NCBI RefSeq assembly: GCF_022701215.1
Contig: NZ_CP089976.1
Location: 1,440,001 to 1,472,000 of the forward strand
Length of the DNA stretch: 32,000 nt
Direction of reading: 5' to 3'
Source: Moraxella nasovis
GTDB taxonomy: Bacteria > Pseudomonadota > Gammaproteobacteria > Pseudomonadales > Moraxellaceae
Shown here: one piece after another, positions 9,296 through 17,264 of the stretch
Layout: each line of letters begins with the position of its first letter
Numbering within the stretch: the first letter of the stretch is position 1
The notes under the pieces: model-generated
What the model saw: only the letters and a program-made list of their open reading frames with translations
What the model was told of the DNA's origin: nothing
Database searches by the model: none
Made by a program: the position numbers and the translations under genes

Positions 9296-9330
9296 TATTA
9301 AAAAAGCCTTGGTGAAAATCAAGGCTTTGC
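9296..9330. terminator. Intrinsic terminator hairpin between convergent genes (best U-run on the minus strand, so it serves the yedI-like gene)
   Basis: aagccttg (9304-9311) pairs with caaggctt (9320-9327) around an 8-nt loop. The A6 run at 9300-9305 gives a T-run after the hairpin on the minus strand. Confidence 0.7.
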
Positions 9331-9339
9331 TGTCCATTG

Positions 9340-10257
9340 TTAGATTTTGCTTTTGATTTTTTTGCCACCTAAAATAACTGCCAATACCAATAAACCTGCA
9401 ATAAGTCCGATGGTGCCATTATATAGCATCTCGGCAATGCCACTTAGCATGCCAGAGAGTGCCGATAAGTCTTGTGCTTGATGATGTAAGATGTCGATGC
9501 CATGTACTAAGATGCCACCGCCAACTAAGAACATCGCTAGAGTGCCTGCGATTGACAAAAACTTCATTAACTTGGGTGCAAATGATAAAATCGCTCCTCC
9601 AAGTTTTTGGCTTGTGGTGTCTGGCTTTTGTGTTAAATGCAGACCGATGTCATCTAGCTTAACAATTAGACCAACCAAACCATAAACACCAACCGTCATA
9701 ACGATGGCGATAACCGACAGTGATACAGCTTTAGCGGCAAGTGTTGCAGCTGCCATTGTTCCAAGTGAGATGACGACAATCTCAGCTGATAAAATAAAGT
9801 CTGTACGAATCGCACCTTTAATTTTTTCTTTTTCTAAGGCGATAAGATCGACTTTTTGGGCATTTGCTTCTAGTCGGTCATGGTGCTTTTTTTCGTCATC
9901 GAGATCGTGGGGCAGTAGGTTTGGTGCAAACTGATGTACTACTTTTTCTGCTCCTTCATAGCATAAGAAAAGCCCGCCTATCATCAAAAGCGGTGTGATT
10001 AACCATGCAGCTACAGCACTGATTACAAGAGCGGCAGGTACTAAAATGAGCTTATTTACAAAAGAACCCTTAGCAACCGCCCAGACGACAGCAAGCTCTC
10101 TGTCGGCACGCACGCCAGATACTTGCTGTGCGTTTAAGGCAAGATCGTCGCCAAGCACCCCTGCGGTCTTTTTAGCAGCGACTTTTGTCATGACAGATAC
10201 ATCATCTAAGATGACGCTGATGTCATCAAGTAACATTAATAAATTGCCAGCAGCCAT
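9340..10257 (-). CDS. yedI: DUF808 family inner-membrane protein (YedI-like)
   Basis: 305 aa, near-collinear with E. coli YedI as recalled: LLDDISVILDDVSVMTKVAAKKTAGVLGDDLALNAQQVSGVRADRELAVVWAVAKGS...KIKGAIRTDFILSAEIV...GTLAMFLVGGGILVHG. Confidence 0.88.
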   Translation of the reverse strand: MAAGNLLMLLDDISVILDDVSVMTKVAAKKTAGVLGDDLALNAQQVSGVRADRELAVVWAVAKGSFVNKLILVPAALVISAVAAWLITPLLMIGGLFLCYEGAEKVVHQFAPNLLPHDLDDEKKHHDRLEANAQKVDLIALEKEKIKGAIRTDFILSAEIVVISLGTMAAATLAAKAVSLSVIAIVMTVGVYGLVGLIVKLDDIGLHLTQKPDTTSQKLGGAILSFAPKLMKFLSIAGTLAMFLVGGGILVHGIDILHHQAQDLSALSGMLSGIAEMLYNGTIGLIAGLLVLAVILGGKKIKSKI

Positions 10258-10618
10258 AACTATCCTTTTGTTCGTTGATTGGTCAGTGTGCGACTTTTTG
10301 GGTTATGTGTATTGCAGGCTATTATAAATCAACTTTTTTGTTTTTCGTGAAAAAATTGACTGCTATTAGACTTATCAAAAGAATTATGTAAATTAAATGA
10401 TAAAAATCAATATGTTATATATTTAAAATCATTTATAATGATAAACAAAATATCATTTATCAATTTAAACTAACAATAATCGCTTGTATTTTTGGTGTAA
10501 TCTCTGTATTATTATATTTGCTAATGTATTCATCATTTATTTTGATAAAATACATCAAGCACTATTATTTTTCATCATTTGTCCATTAAATCCATCAAAC
10601 AAGCTTAAGGATTGTATC

Positions 10619-11959
10619 ATGACCATTCAATCAGCCATTGAAAAAGTAAGACAAAACTATGCTCATCAGCCAGAATTTATTCAGGCGGTAGAAGAGGTTG
10701 CATTAACCATCAGCGAGGCTTATGCCAACAATCCTAAATTTGAAGAATTCAAGGTATTTGAACGCCTGTGTGAACCAGATCGCATCATCAGTTTTCGTGT
10801 AAACTGGGAAAATGATAAAGGTGAAGTGCAGGTGAATCGTGGCTGGCGTGTACAGTTTAGCAATGCCATTGGTCCTTATAAGGGCGGTTTACGTTTTCAC
10901 CCAACAGTAACCGAAGGCACGCTAAAATTTTTGGGGTTTGAACAAATTTTCAAAAATGCTTTAACAGGTCTGCCTATGGGTGGTGGTAAAGGTGGTTCAG
11001 ATTTTGACCCTAAAGGTAAATCAGAGGCTGAAATTCGCCGTTTTTGCTATGCGTTCATGCGTGAACTTCATAAAAATATCGGCAAAGACATGGATGTGCC
11101 AGCTGGTGATATCGGTGTAGGTGGCCGTGAAGTGAACTACATGTTTGCGATGTATAAAAACTTAACTCGTGAATTTGAAGGCGTATTAACTGGTAAAGGC
11201 GTCGGTTTTGGTGGTAGTTTAATCCGCACCGAAGCGACAGGTTATGGTCTGGTGTATTTTCTTGACAATATGCTAAAAGTGAACAATGACACGCTCGTTG
11301 GTAAAACTGTTTTGGTATCTGGTGCAGGTAACGTGGCTCAGCACGCTGCCGAAAAAGCCTTACACCTTGGCGGTAAAGTCATCACCTTCTCAGATTCAAG
11401 AGGTACATTGGTGGATAAAGATGGCTTTACTCAACAAAAGATTGACTGGGTAAAAAATCATAAAGCCAACGGTAAAGCACTAGCTGACTATGTGGCAGAG
11501 TTTGGTGGCGAATGGTTGGAAGGTGAGCGTCCTTGGCAATTTGAAGCTCAAGTTGCTTTGCCTTGTGCTACCCAAAATGAAGTCAGTAAAGAAGATGCTG
11601 AGCATCTGGTGAAACTTGGCGTAAAATATGTCGCAGAAGGAGCGAATATGCCACTGACTGCTGAAGCTATCGATGTCGTGCGTGATAATGGTGTGGCGTA
11701 TGCACCTGGTAAGGCGGCTAATGCTGGTGGTGTGGCTGTATCTGGTCTTGAGATGAGCCAAAACTCTGTGCGTGAGTATAAGAGCTTTGCCGAGCTAGAT
11801 GAGAAACTACAAAACATCATGAAAAATATCCATGACAATGCTAAAGAAGCTGCTGAAAAATACGGCACAACCAAAGATGCGGTAGATTACATGACAGGTG
11901 CGAACGTGGCAGGCTTTATCCAAGTGGCAAATGCTTTGGTAGCATACGGCACATTGTGA
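10619..11959 (+). CDS. gdhA: NADP-specific glutamate dehydrogenase
   Basis: The track ORF starts at 10484, but its first 45 codons are an AT-rich hydrophobic artefact. The ATG at 10619 is preceded by AAGG and gives MTIQSAIEKVRQNYAHQPEFIQAVEEV.... Motifs: GPYKGGLRFHP, GLPMGGGKGGSDFDPKGKS, VSGAGNVAQHAAEK, AEGANMP. Confidence 0.95.
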   Translation: MTIQSAIEKVRQNYAHQPEFIQAVEEVALTISEAYANNPKFEEFKVFERLCEPDRIISFRVNWENDKGEVQVNRGWRVQFSNAIGPYKGGLRFHPTVTEGTLKFLGFEQIFKNALTGLPMGGGKGGSDFDPKGKSEAEIRRFCYAFMRELHKNIGKDMDVPAGDIGVGGREVNYMFAMYKNLTREFEGVLTGKGVGFGGSLIRTEATGYGLVYFLDNMLKVNNDTLVGKTVLVSGAGNVAQHAAEKALHLGGKVITFSDSRGTLVDKDGFTQQKIDWVKNHKANGKALADYVAEFGGEWLEGERPWQFEAQVALPCATQNEVSKEDAEHLVKLGVKYVAEGANMPLTAEAIDVVRDNGVAYAPGKAANAGGVAVSGLEMSQNSVREYKSFAELDEKLQNIMKNIHDNAKEAAEKYGTTKDAVDYMTGANVAGFIQVANALVAYGTL

Positions 11960-11975
11960 TAATTATAAGTTTAAC

Positions 11976-12008
11976 AAAAAACGGCATAGATTGCCGTTTT
12001 TTGTTTTT
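11976..12008. terminator. Bidirectional rho-independent terminator between gdhA and the convergent membrane-protein gene
   Basis: aaaaaacggca (11976-11986) pairs with tgccgtttttt (11992-12002) around a 5-nt loop, followed by ttgttttt. The A-run on the left arm provides the U-run for the opposite strand. Confidence 0.85.
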
Positions 12009-12025
12009 AAAGCATCATCATTTGG

Positions 12026-12862
12026 TTAATGGTGAGAGTGATTTGTACCCATATGCTCATGATGGCCTTGGTTGGTATGATGATTGTGTTCATGGCTATG
12101 ATGTCCATGCTCTGATACATCGTCATGAGAGTGGTGCTCGCCATGTCCGTGATGGTGTCCACCATGCAAAGTGTGCATAATAGGCATGGCAAATGCTACA
12201 GCAAGCCCTGATACCAATAAGACTGCACCGCTAAACTGACGCAAGTTAAATCGCTTAACGTGCTGCTGCAACCATCTTATGGTAGTGCTTGCCATTAATA
12301 GAGCAGGCATCGTGCCAAGCCCAAATCCGAGCATGAATAATACGCCATTCATACTGCTGCCCGCTGTAGATAGGCCAACTGCCACGCCTAATGCTCCATA
12401 CACTAAGCCACAAGGTAAAAATCCCCACAAGATTCCTGCAAAGATTGCCTTAACGGGGTTATCAAGAGGCAAAACCTTAGCACGGATAGGCGACATGGCT
12501 TGCCACATTCCCATGCCTAGCTTTTCAACACGGCCTAAAAAAGGCACGCCAAGCATGAGTAGAGCGGCAAATACCAAAGCCCCGCCTAAGATAAATCTTG
12601 GTGCTAGGTTATCACTAAGCAAAGGAGCGAGCAATTCTTTACCAAAGATAGTAGCGATAAGCCCAAGCAGCATATAACTTAAAAGTCTGCCAACATGATA
12701 CATGGCAATCAGCATGCGACGCTTTGTTGGGCTGTAGTTTTGCATTGAGATGCCAAATGCTGTAACGATACCGCCACACATTCCTAAGCAATGCGGTGAG
12801 CCAAAAAATCCCATACTTAAGGCAGCAATAAAAAAAGCGATAAACATGATAAGCTCTCCCAT
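12026..12862 (-). CDS. DsbD_2 / 'TauE-SafE-like' polytopic membrane protein with a histidine-rich C-terminal tail (ccoS-associated)
   Basis: GSPHCLGMCGG near the N-terminus and a second WGFLPCGLVYG motif are typical of PF13386-type proteins found next to cbb3-oxidase maturation genes. 22 of the last 49 residues are His. The ATG at 12847 (Met6) has a better SD (GGGAGAG) than the ATG at 12862. Confidence 0.75.
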   Translation of the reverse strand: MGELIMFIAFFIAALSMGFFGSPHCLGMCGGIVTAFGISMQNYSPTKRRMLIAMYHVGRLLSYMLLGLIATIFGKELLAPLLSDNLAPRFILGGALVFAALLMLGVPFLGRVEKLGMGMWQAMSPIRAKVLPLDNPVKAIFAGILWGFLPCGLVYGALGVAVGLSTAGSSMNGVLFMLGFGLGTMPALLMASTTIRWLQQHVKRFNLRQFSGAVLLVSGLAVAFAMPIMHTLHGGHHHGHGEHHSHDDVSEHGHHSHEHNHHTNQGHHEHMGTNHSHH

Positions 12863-12938
12863 AAAATTTAGACTTCTGGCGGTAGAAAATACGCACTAAG
12901 TCTTATGTAGTAGAATAAGTGGTGATGATTAAAAAGGG

Positions 12939-13118
12939 CTAATTTTGTTTCTGATTGGATAGGGCCTGTCGGCGAGTTTGACGATCGTCTAAGATAATCT
13001 GGTCTGGTGCGTTGTCTAAATCTTCAAATTGGTTTGATTTAACAGCATAAACAATTGCCCAGATAGCAACGACAAAGAGCATTAAACTTAGTGGGATTAG
13101 TAGATAAATGCTTTGCAT
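12939..13118 (-). CDS. ccoS: cbb3-type cytochrome oxidase maturation protein CcoS/FixS (59 aa)
   Basis: Not in the ORF track, apparently because it falls below the track's size cutoff. Manual translation gives MQSIYLLIPLSLMLFVVAIWAIVYAVKSNQFEDLDNAPDQIILDDRQTRRQALSNQKQN*. A single TM followed by SxQFDDLxxxxxxILxDD is the CcoS signature. Confidence 0.8.
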   Translation of the reverse strand: MQSIYLLIPLSLMLFVVAIWAIVYAVKSNQFEDLDNAPDQIILDDRQTRRQALSNQKQN

Positions 13119-13220
13119 AAAATCTCAAAAGCACAAAACGTGCATTAGGGTTTAAGCTATTATACAAAAACTTTAGGCTGTGTGCCATAGTTAAGATGAA
13201 CTCTCAAATAACTAAATATA

Positions 13221-13247
13221 AAAAACCCTGCAAAAAGCAGGGTTTTT
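13221..13247 (-). terminator. Rho-independent terminator downstream of the desaturase gene
   Basis: Perfect 11-bp stem: aaaaaccctgc (13221-13231) pairs with gcagggttttt (13237-13247) around an A5 loop. On the minus strand the hairpin is followed by tttttatattt. Confidence 0.85.
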
Positions 13248-13270
13248 AGGATCTAAAGCGTTATGTAAGC

Positions 13271-14449
13271 TTAAGCGTTACTTGCTTTGCCTTGAAGCTT
13301 AATATTAGCATCTTGGATACGTTTGCTGTGCTCTAAGATTTTACGCTCAATTTGGAGAAACTGATCTTTAAGGCGTTCATCAGCTTCATGCAAGCGATTG
13401 GCAAACTCGGTGCGTTTAAGCTCGATGGCTTTAGCTTTTAGTTGGTGCCATTCTTCTACCGTCTTGGTAAAAGCGTCGTATTCTGCTGCCACGTGGTCTT
13501 TGAGAGCTTGTAAGCGGTCATCGAATGTCATGTCGCCTTTTGCGATGCGTTCGTTGGCACGCTTAAACTGCATGGCAACTTCTGCATGCTTAATGGTGAG
13601 ATTGTCCACACGTTTTAAGTTTTTGGCAAGTCCAACTTTTGATAGGGCGATGATTAGCCATTTGGTTGGGTCATATTGCCACCATTTTACACCATTACGA
13701 TAGTCGTATTGAAAATGGTGGTGATAGTTGTGATAACCCTCACCCCAAGTAAAGAATGCTAAGATTGGGTTATCACGAGCGGTATTGTCATCAGTATAAG
13801 GGCGTGCACCAAACATATGGCATAGCGAGTTGATAAAAAAGGTGAAATGATGTGTCAGCACAAGGCGTAACAAACCTACAATCAAGAATGAGCCAAGCAT
13901 ATCACCTGTTAATAATCCAACGATGCTAAGGGCAATGGCATTGGTTAAGATAACCCAGATGCCATAATATTTATGTTGTAGGCATAAGATTTTGTCTTGT
14001 TTTAGGTCAGGAATGTTCTTATAGTCGTATTGACCGCTTGGGTATTTGTGTAGCATCCAGTCAATATGGCTAAACCAAAAACCACGACGAGATGAGTAGG
14101 GATCTTCGTATTCATCATCCACATGACGGTGATGAGAGCGATGTCCAGAACACCAATCAAAAGCTGAGCTTTGGACTGCTAATGTTGCCCCAAATAACAA
14201 AAAGTACTTTACGGCAGGGTGTGCTTCGTATGACTTATGTGCCAGCAAGCGGTGGTAGCCTGCAGTAATAGACAGACCTGTCCACGCCATAAAAATAGCA
14301 AAAGCTGTCCAGATGCCTGGGTTCACATCATGCGTGTACAGATACCAAGGCACACTCACCAAAGCGATAAGTGGCGTGGATAGTAGCACGATGGCGGGCG
14401 TCCAGTTGATGGGTGGGTTTTGGAAATCTGGGTTTGATTCGGTACTCAT
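13271..14449 (-). CDS. Membrane acyl-CoA/acyl-lipid delta-9 fatty acid desaturase with a ~110-aa C-terminal coiled-coil extension
   Basis: All three histidine boxes are present: HRLLAH, HRSHHRH, HNYHHHF. N-terminal TM pairs are present. The C-terminus (KRVDNL...KLQGKASNA) is charged and helical. Confidence 0.9.
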   Translation of the reverse strand: MSTESNPDFQNPPINWTPAIVLLSTPLIALVSVPWYLYTHDVNPGIWTAFAIFMAWTGLSITAGYHRLLAHKSYEAHPAVKYFLLFGATLAVQSSAFDWCSGHRSHHRHVDDEYEDPYSSRRGFWFSHIDWMLHKYPSGQYDYKNIPDLKQDKILCLQHKYYGIWVILTNAIALSIVGLLTGDMLGSFLIVGLLRLVLTHHFTFFINSLCHMFGARPYTDDNTARDNPILAFFTWGEGYHNYHHHFQYDYRNGVKWWQYDPTKWLIIALSKVGLAKNLKRVDNLTIKHAEVAMQFKRANERIAKGDMTFDDRLQALKDHVAAEYDAFTKTVEEWHQLKAKAIELKRTEFANRLHEADERLKDQFLQIERKILEHSKRIQDANIKLQGKASNA

Positions 14450-14541
14450 TGTCGTTTCCTATGAGTCAAAAAAGAATTAAATGGTTGGCTTATGCACACA
14501 GCTTAGCCAGTTCATCTATTATAGCTTAAAATATATTAAAA

Positions 14542-14557
14542 GTGAACATTTATTCAC
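14542..14557. promoter_or_regulatory. Imperfect inverted repeat GTGAA-N6-TTCAC in the desaturase/TetR intergenic region (candidate operator)
   Basis: gtgaacatttattcac: the arms gtgaa and ttcac are exact reverse complements. It lies ~95 bp upstream of the desaturase start codon. Confidence 0.3.
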
Positions 14558-14659
14558 AATCCAAGAAAAAAATATTTGCCCAAATAAACGATGATTTAAG
14601 CGGTTAGGTTTGTTATAATAACCCCCTTTAATTTTATAAAAAAAAGACTAAAAAATAAG

Positions 14660-14671
14660 CTTGCATGCAAG
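14660..14671. promoter_or_regulatory. Perfect 12-bp palindrome CTTGCATGCAAG with A/T-rich imperfect extensions (candidate TetR operator)
   Basis: cttgca|tgcaag at 14660-14671, flanked by aaaaataag and tttttgg. It lies ~115 bp upstream of the TetR ATG. There is no loop, so it is not a terminator. Confidence 0.3.
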
Positions 14672-14784
14672 TTTTTGGCGGATAAAACAAGGATGATTTA
14701 TGGAGCGTTTGGAGTTAGTGATGGATAGTAATAAACTTAGACAACCAGCACACAAGACTGCCATCATTGATATTAGCATTAGCC

Positions 14785-15405
14785 ATGATAAATAAAAAGC
14801 AGCAGTTTGAGCAGCGTGAGCAAAGCATACTAGCGGCAGCAGAGCAGCTGTTATTAGAATCTGGCGAAGGGAATTTAACGCTAGATAGCTTAGCCTGTCA
14901 TTTAGACTTAGCCAAAGGCACGCTGTATAAGCACTTTGCCAGCAAAGATGAGTTGCTACTGCAAATCATCATCGAGCATGAAAAACGCTTATTTTGCATG
15001 AATAATGTCGATGATGGTGCGGCAGCGGGAATTGTGCGTATGGTGCTGCAGCAGCTGCGTCTGCCTGTGCGTGCGATGATTTTTAATCATATTGAAGAGC
15101 GGCTTGCAAGTGTGTCATCGAGATTGCACACTCAATTTAAAGAACTATACCGCATTCGTCGAAAGCGGATGACTCGTTTGTCTGTTATCGCTCAGCAGTA
15201 TCTTGATGAGCAGCACAGTAGCATGACTGTCAAAGATTATATGTCGAGCATTTGGGCAGTTGGTCAAGGTGGGGCAGGATTGCTAAATTCTAGCTTTTAT
15301 CAGCGATATTTGGGCGATCGAGATGCTTTAGAATATACTTGGGTGGATCAAATTTTATCCTTGCCACGGCTGTATCCTAAGGTGGATGATGATGCACTGG
15401 CTTAA
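14785..15405 (+). CDS. TetR/AcrR-family transcriptional regulator
   Basis: N-terminal HTH: ILAAAEQLLLESGEGNLTLDSLACHLDLAKGTLYKHFASKDELLLQII. The track ORF begins at an in-frame TTG (14767); the first ATG is at 14785. It is divergent from the desaturase gene, and its stop lies 20 nt inside pilM. Confidence 0.85.
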   Translation: MINKKQQFEQREQSILAAAEQLLLESGEGNLTLDSLACHLDLAKGTLYKHFASKDELLLQIIIEHEKRLFCMNNVDDGAAAGIVRMVLQQLRLPVRAMIFNHIEERLASVSSRLHTQFKELYRIRRKRMTRLSVIAQQYLDEQHSSMTVKDYMSSIWAVGQGGAGLLNSSFYQRYLGDRDALEYTWVDQILSLPRLYPKVDDDALA

Positions 15406-16669
15406 GCGATTGTTTGGCGTATCGCACTGTGCGTCTGATGTGATGGCGGTGCATTTTGGCGATGATGCTGTATTTGTTTTACAATTGCAAAAACACCGTA
15501 GTCGCATCCATGTGTCTTATTATGATAGCCAAAGTTATGACAGCCAAAGTTACCCTAAAGCTGGGACTGCCAAAGATGGCAACGACATCGGTATAGATGA
15601 GGCTACCATAGCTTTACAGCAGATTATTAGTCGCTCAAAAATCCCCTTTAGAAAAGCCATTACCTGTATGCCGACTGCCGAAACGCTAAGTCGCACGCTG
15701 TCTATGCACCCTGAACTTACCGATGATGAGATTGATGAGCAAATTTGCATGAATGCCCATCAGCATATCCCTTATCCGCTGTCTGATGTGGCGTATGATT
15801 TTACAGCTACAGGGTCTGATGATGTCGGCATGAAGCAGGTTTTACTTGTGATTTGCCGTGAAGATTCGCTAGGAAGGCAGCTTGATGTGTTGGCACAGGC
15901 TGGCTTAGAGGCTAAAGTGGTAGATGTTTATGACCACGCCTTAGCACGAGGACTAAGCTTGGTTTTATCGCAGTTTTTGGGGCGTGTGGTGGCGTTGGTT
16001 GATATTGGCTGGGATAAAAGCAGATTTTATGTCGCAGACTTGACAGATATCAAAAGTGTAGATGAGTTTGGGGGTTTTGACTACCATCGTGAATATTTTT
16101 GTGGCGAGTATTGGCAGGCTAAGACGACGTTAAAGGCTGATTTTGAAAAATCCCAAGACATATCGCAGGTAGATGACTTTTATACAGATTCAATCCAGCC
16201 AACGATCGCTTGGGGTAGCACGCTATCTGATAAAGATATTAGTCACCATGCGTTGGTAGAGCCGACTAAGCTTCAAGAGCAAGCAGACACATCAGAGCAA
16301 AAATCTTCTTATGTTATTAGTTTTGAGGCCTTGACGGACATGCCAATTAGCCAAACGAATGCAGCGGATGATTGTGATCTTGATGATGCGTATGTCAGTT
16401 ATATGAGCGGACAAATTGCCACAATGCTAGAACACTATCAGATGGCAACAGGTGTTCGTGTGGATGTGGTGATGTTGTCAGGCGGTAAGCGTCAGCTAGA
16501 GCAAATCGCTAAAGATATAAAAAAACAAGAGGGCATACCTTGTTATGTGGCAAATCCCCTAACGGATATGGCGATAGGTCAGCGTGTGGATTTGGCAAGA
16601 ATAACCAAAGATTTGGCGCGTTTATTTGTGCCTTTTGGGCTTGCATTAAGGGCGTTCGATGATTGCTAA
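15386..16669 (+). CDS. pilM: Type IV pilus assembly ATPase-fold protein PilM (unusually long, 427 aa)
   Basis: CMPTAETLSRTLSMHPELTDDEIDEQICMNAHQHIPYPLSDVAYDF, VVDVYDHALARG, LVDIGWD, VVMLSGG and the C-terminal FGLALRAFD match the PilM actin-like fold. It is followed by pilNOPQ. Three consecutive ATGs (15386-15394) follow AAGGTGG. Confidence 0.85.
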   Translation: MMMHWLKRLFGVSHCASDVMAVHFGDDAVFVLQLQKHRSRIHVSYYDSQSYDSQSYPKAGTAKDGNDIGIDEATIALQQIISRSKIPFRKAITCMPTAETLSRTLSMHPELTDDEIDEQICMNAHQHIPYPLSDVAYDFTATGSDDVGMKQVLLVICREDSLGRQLDVLAQAGLEAKVVDVYDHALARGLSLVLSQFLGRVVALVDIGWDKSRFYVADLTDIKSVDEFGGFDYHREYFCGEYWQAKTTLKADFEKSQDISQVDDFYTDSIQPTIAWGSTLSDKDISHHALVEPTKLQEQADTSEQKSSYVISFEALTDMPISQTNAADDCDLDDAYVSYMSGQIATMLEHYQMATGVRVDVVMLSGGKRQLEQIAKDIKKQEGIPCYVANPLTDMAIGQRVDLARITKDLARLFVPFGLALRAFDDC

Positions 16670-17264
16670 AATTAACCTACTGCCTTGGCGTGAAGAGCGA
16701 AAAGAATTTCAAAACAAAGAGTTTAAAAAAATGATGGCGATGGCTGTTATTCTTACTCTTGCTATCGTTGGTGCAGCGTGCCTGTACCTAAAAAGTCAGC
16801 TAGATTACCACCACCGCATAAATGAGAAAATTACTGCCAAAATAACCAAGCTTGATGAAGATATTGCTAAAGTTGCCGTACTACAACAACAAAAAAACGA
16901 CTTATCAGATAAAATGGCTTTAATCAACAGTCTGACTGCTAAGAGATTTTCTTTACTTGTGGTGCTCGATCATCTGACAAAAAACAGACCAACTGGCATA
17001 TTTTTGGGGCAATTATCCCAAGATGATGGCGTGATAAATATCACAGGTTATGCCCAAAATAACGAGCAGGTTGCGATGTTCGCTAAAGCAATAGAAGGCG
17101 ATGTTTTAAGCGATGTCATGATAACGGCACTGGTGGATACGCCACTTCCAGCCGATGTAAGGGCAAAGCACGCAGGCGGTCAGCTGGTGCAGTTTGTGAT
17201 GACAGCAAAGGTTTTTAAGGATATGCCTAAAGGCAAAACGGACAGTGTAGATGCAACACCATAA
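16659..17264 (+). CDS. pilN: Type IV pilus inner-membrane alignment protein PilN
   Basis: The N-terminus IAKINLLPWREERKE is the PilM-binding PilN signature. It has a single TM and then a coiled coil. It overlaps the pilM stop by 11 nt. Confidence 0.9.
   Translation: MIAKINLLPWREERKEFQNKEFKKMMAMAVILTLAIVGAACLYLKSQLDYHHRINEKITAKITKLDEDIAKVAVLQQQKNDLSDKMALINSLTAKRFSLLVVLDHLTKNRPTGIFLGQLSQDDGVINITGYAQNNEQVAMFAKAIEGDVLSDVMITALVDTPLPADVRAKHAGGQLVQFVMTAKVFKDMPKGKTDSVDATP

Noticed and set aside
10428-10460. Repeated ATCAT / ATGAT half-sites (atcatttataatgat ... atcatttat) upstream of gdhA
   Set aside because: This lies in a very AT-rich 360-bp spacer where such short matches are expected by chance. 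There is no independent support for a binding site.
10484-10618. 45-codon N-terminal extension of gdhA in the ORF track (the same issue affects aroB 20563-20634 and tkt 26907-26969)
   Set aside because: The extensions are AT-rich or hydrophobic read-through of promoter regions, or overlap the upstream gene. Conserved N-termini and SD sequences point to the internal ATGs at 10619, 20635 and 26970.
14700-14795. 31-codon upstream ORF (MERLELVMDSNKLRQPAHKTAIIDISISHDK) with a good SD, overlapping the TetR start
   Set aside because: It is short, has no recognisable similarity, and could be a chance ORF. It is mentioned under the intergenic finding only as a possible coupling leader.
15521-15550. 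Tandem 15-bp duplication in pilM (tatgaYagccaaagt x2, giving YDSQSYDSQSY)
   Set aside because: There are only two copies, in frame, in a variable N-terminal loop. It is most simply a small duplication, not a phase-variable tract.
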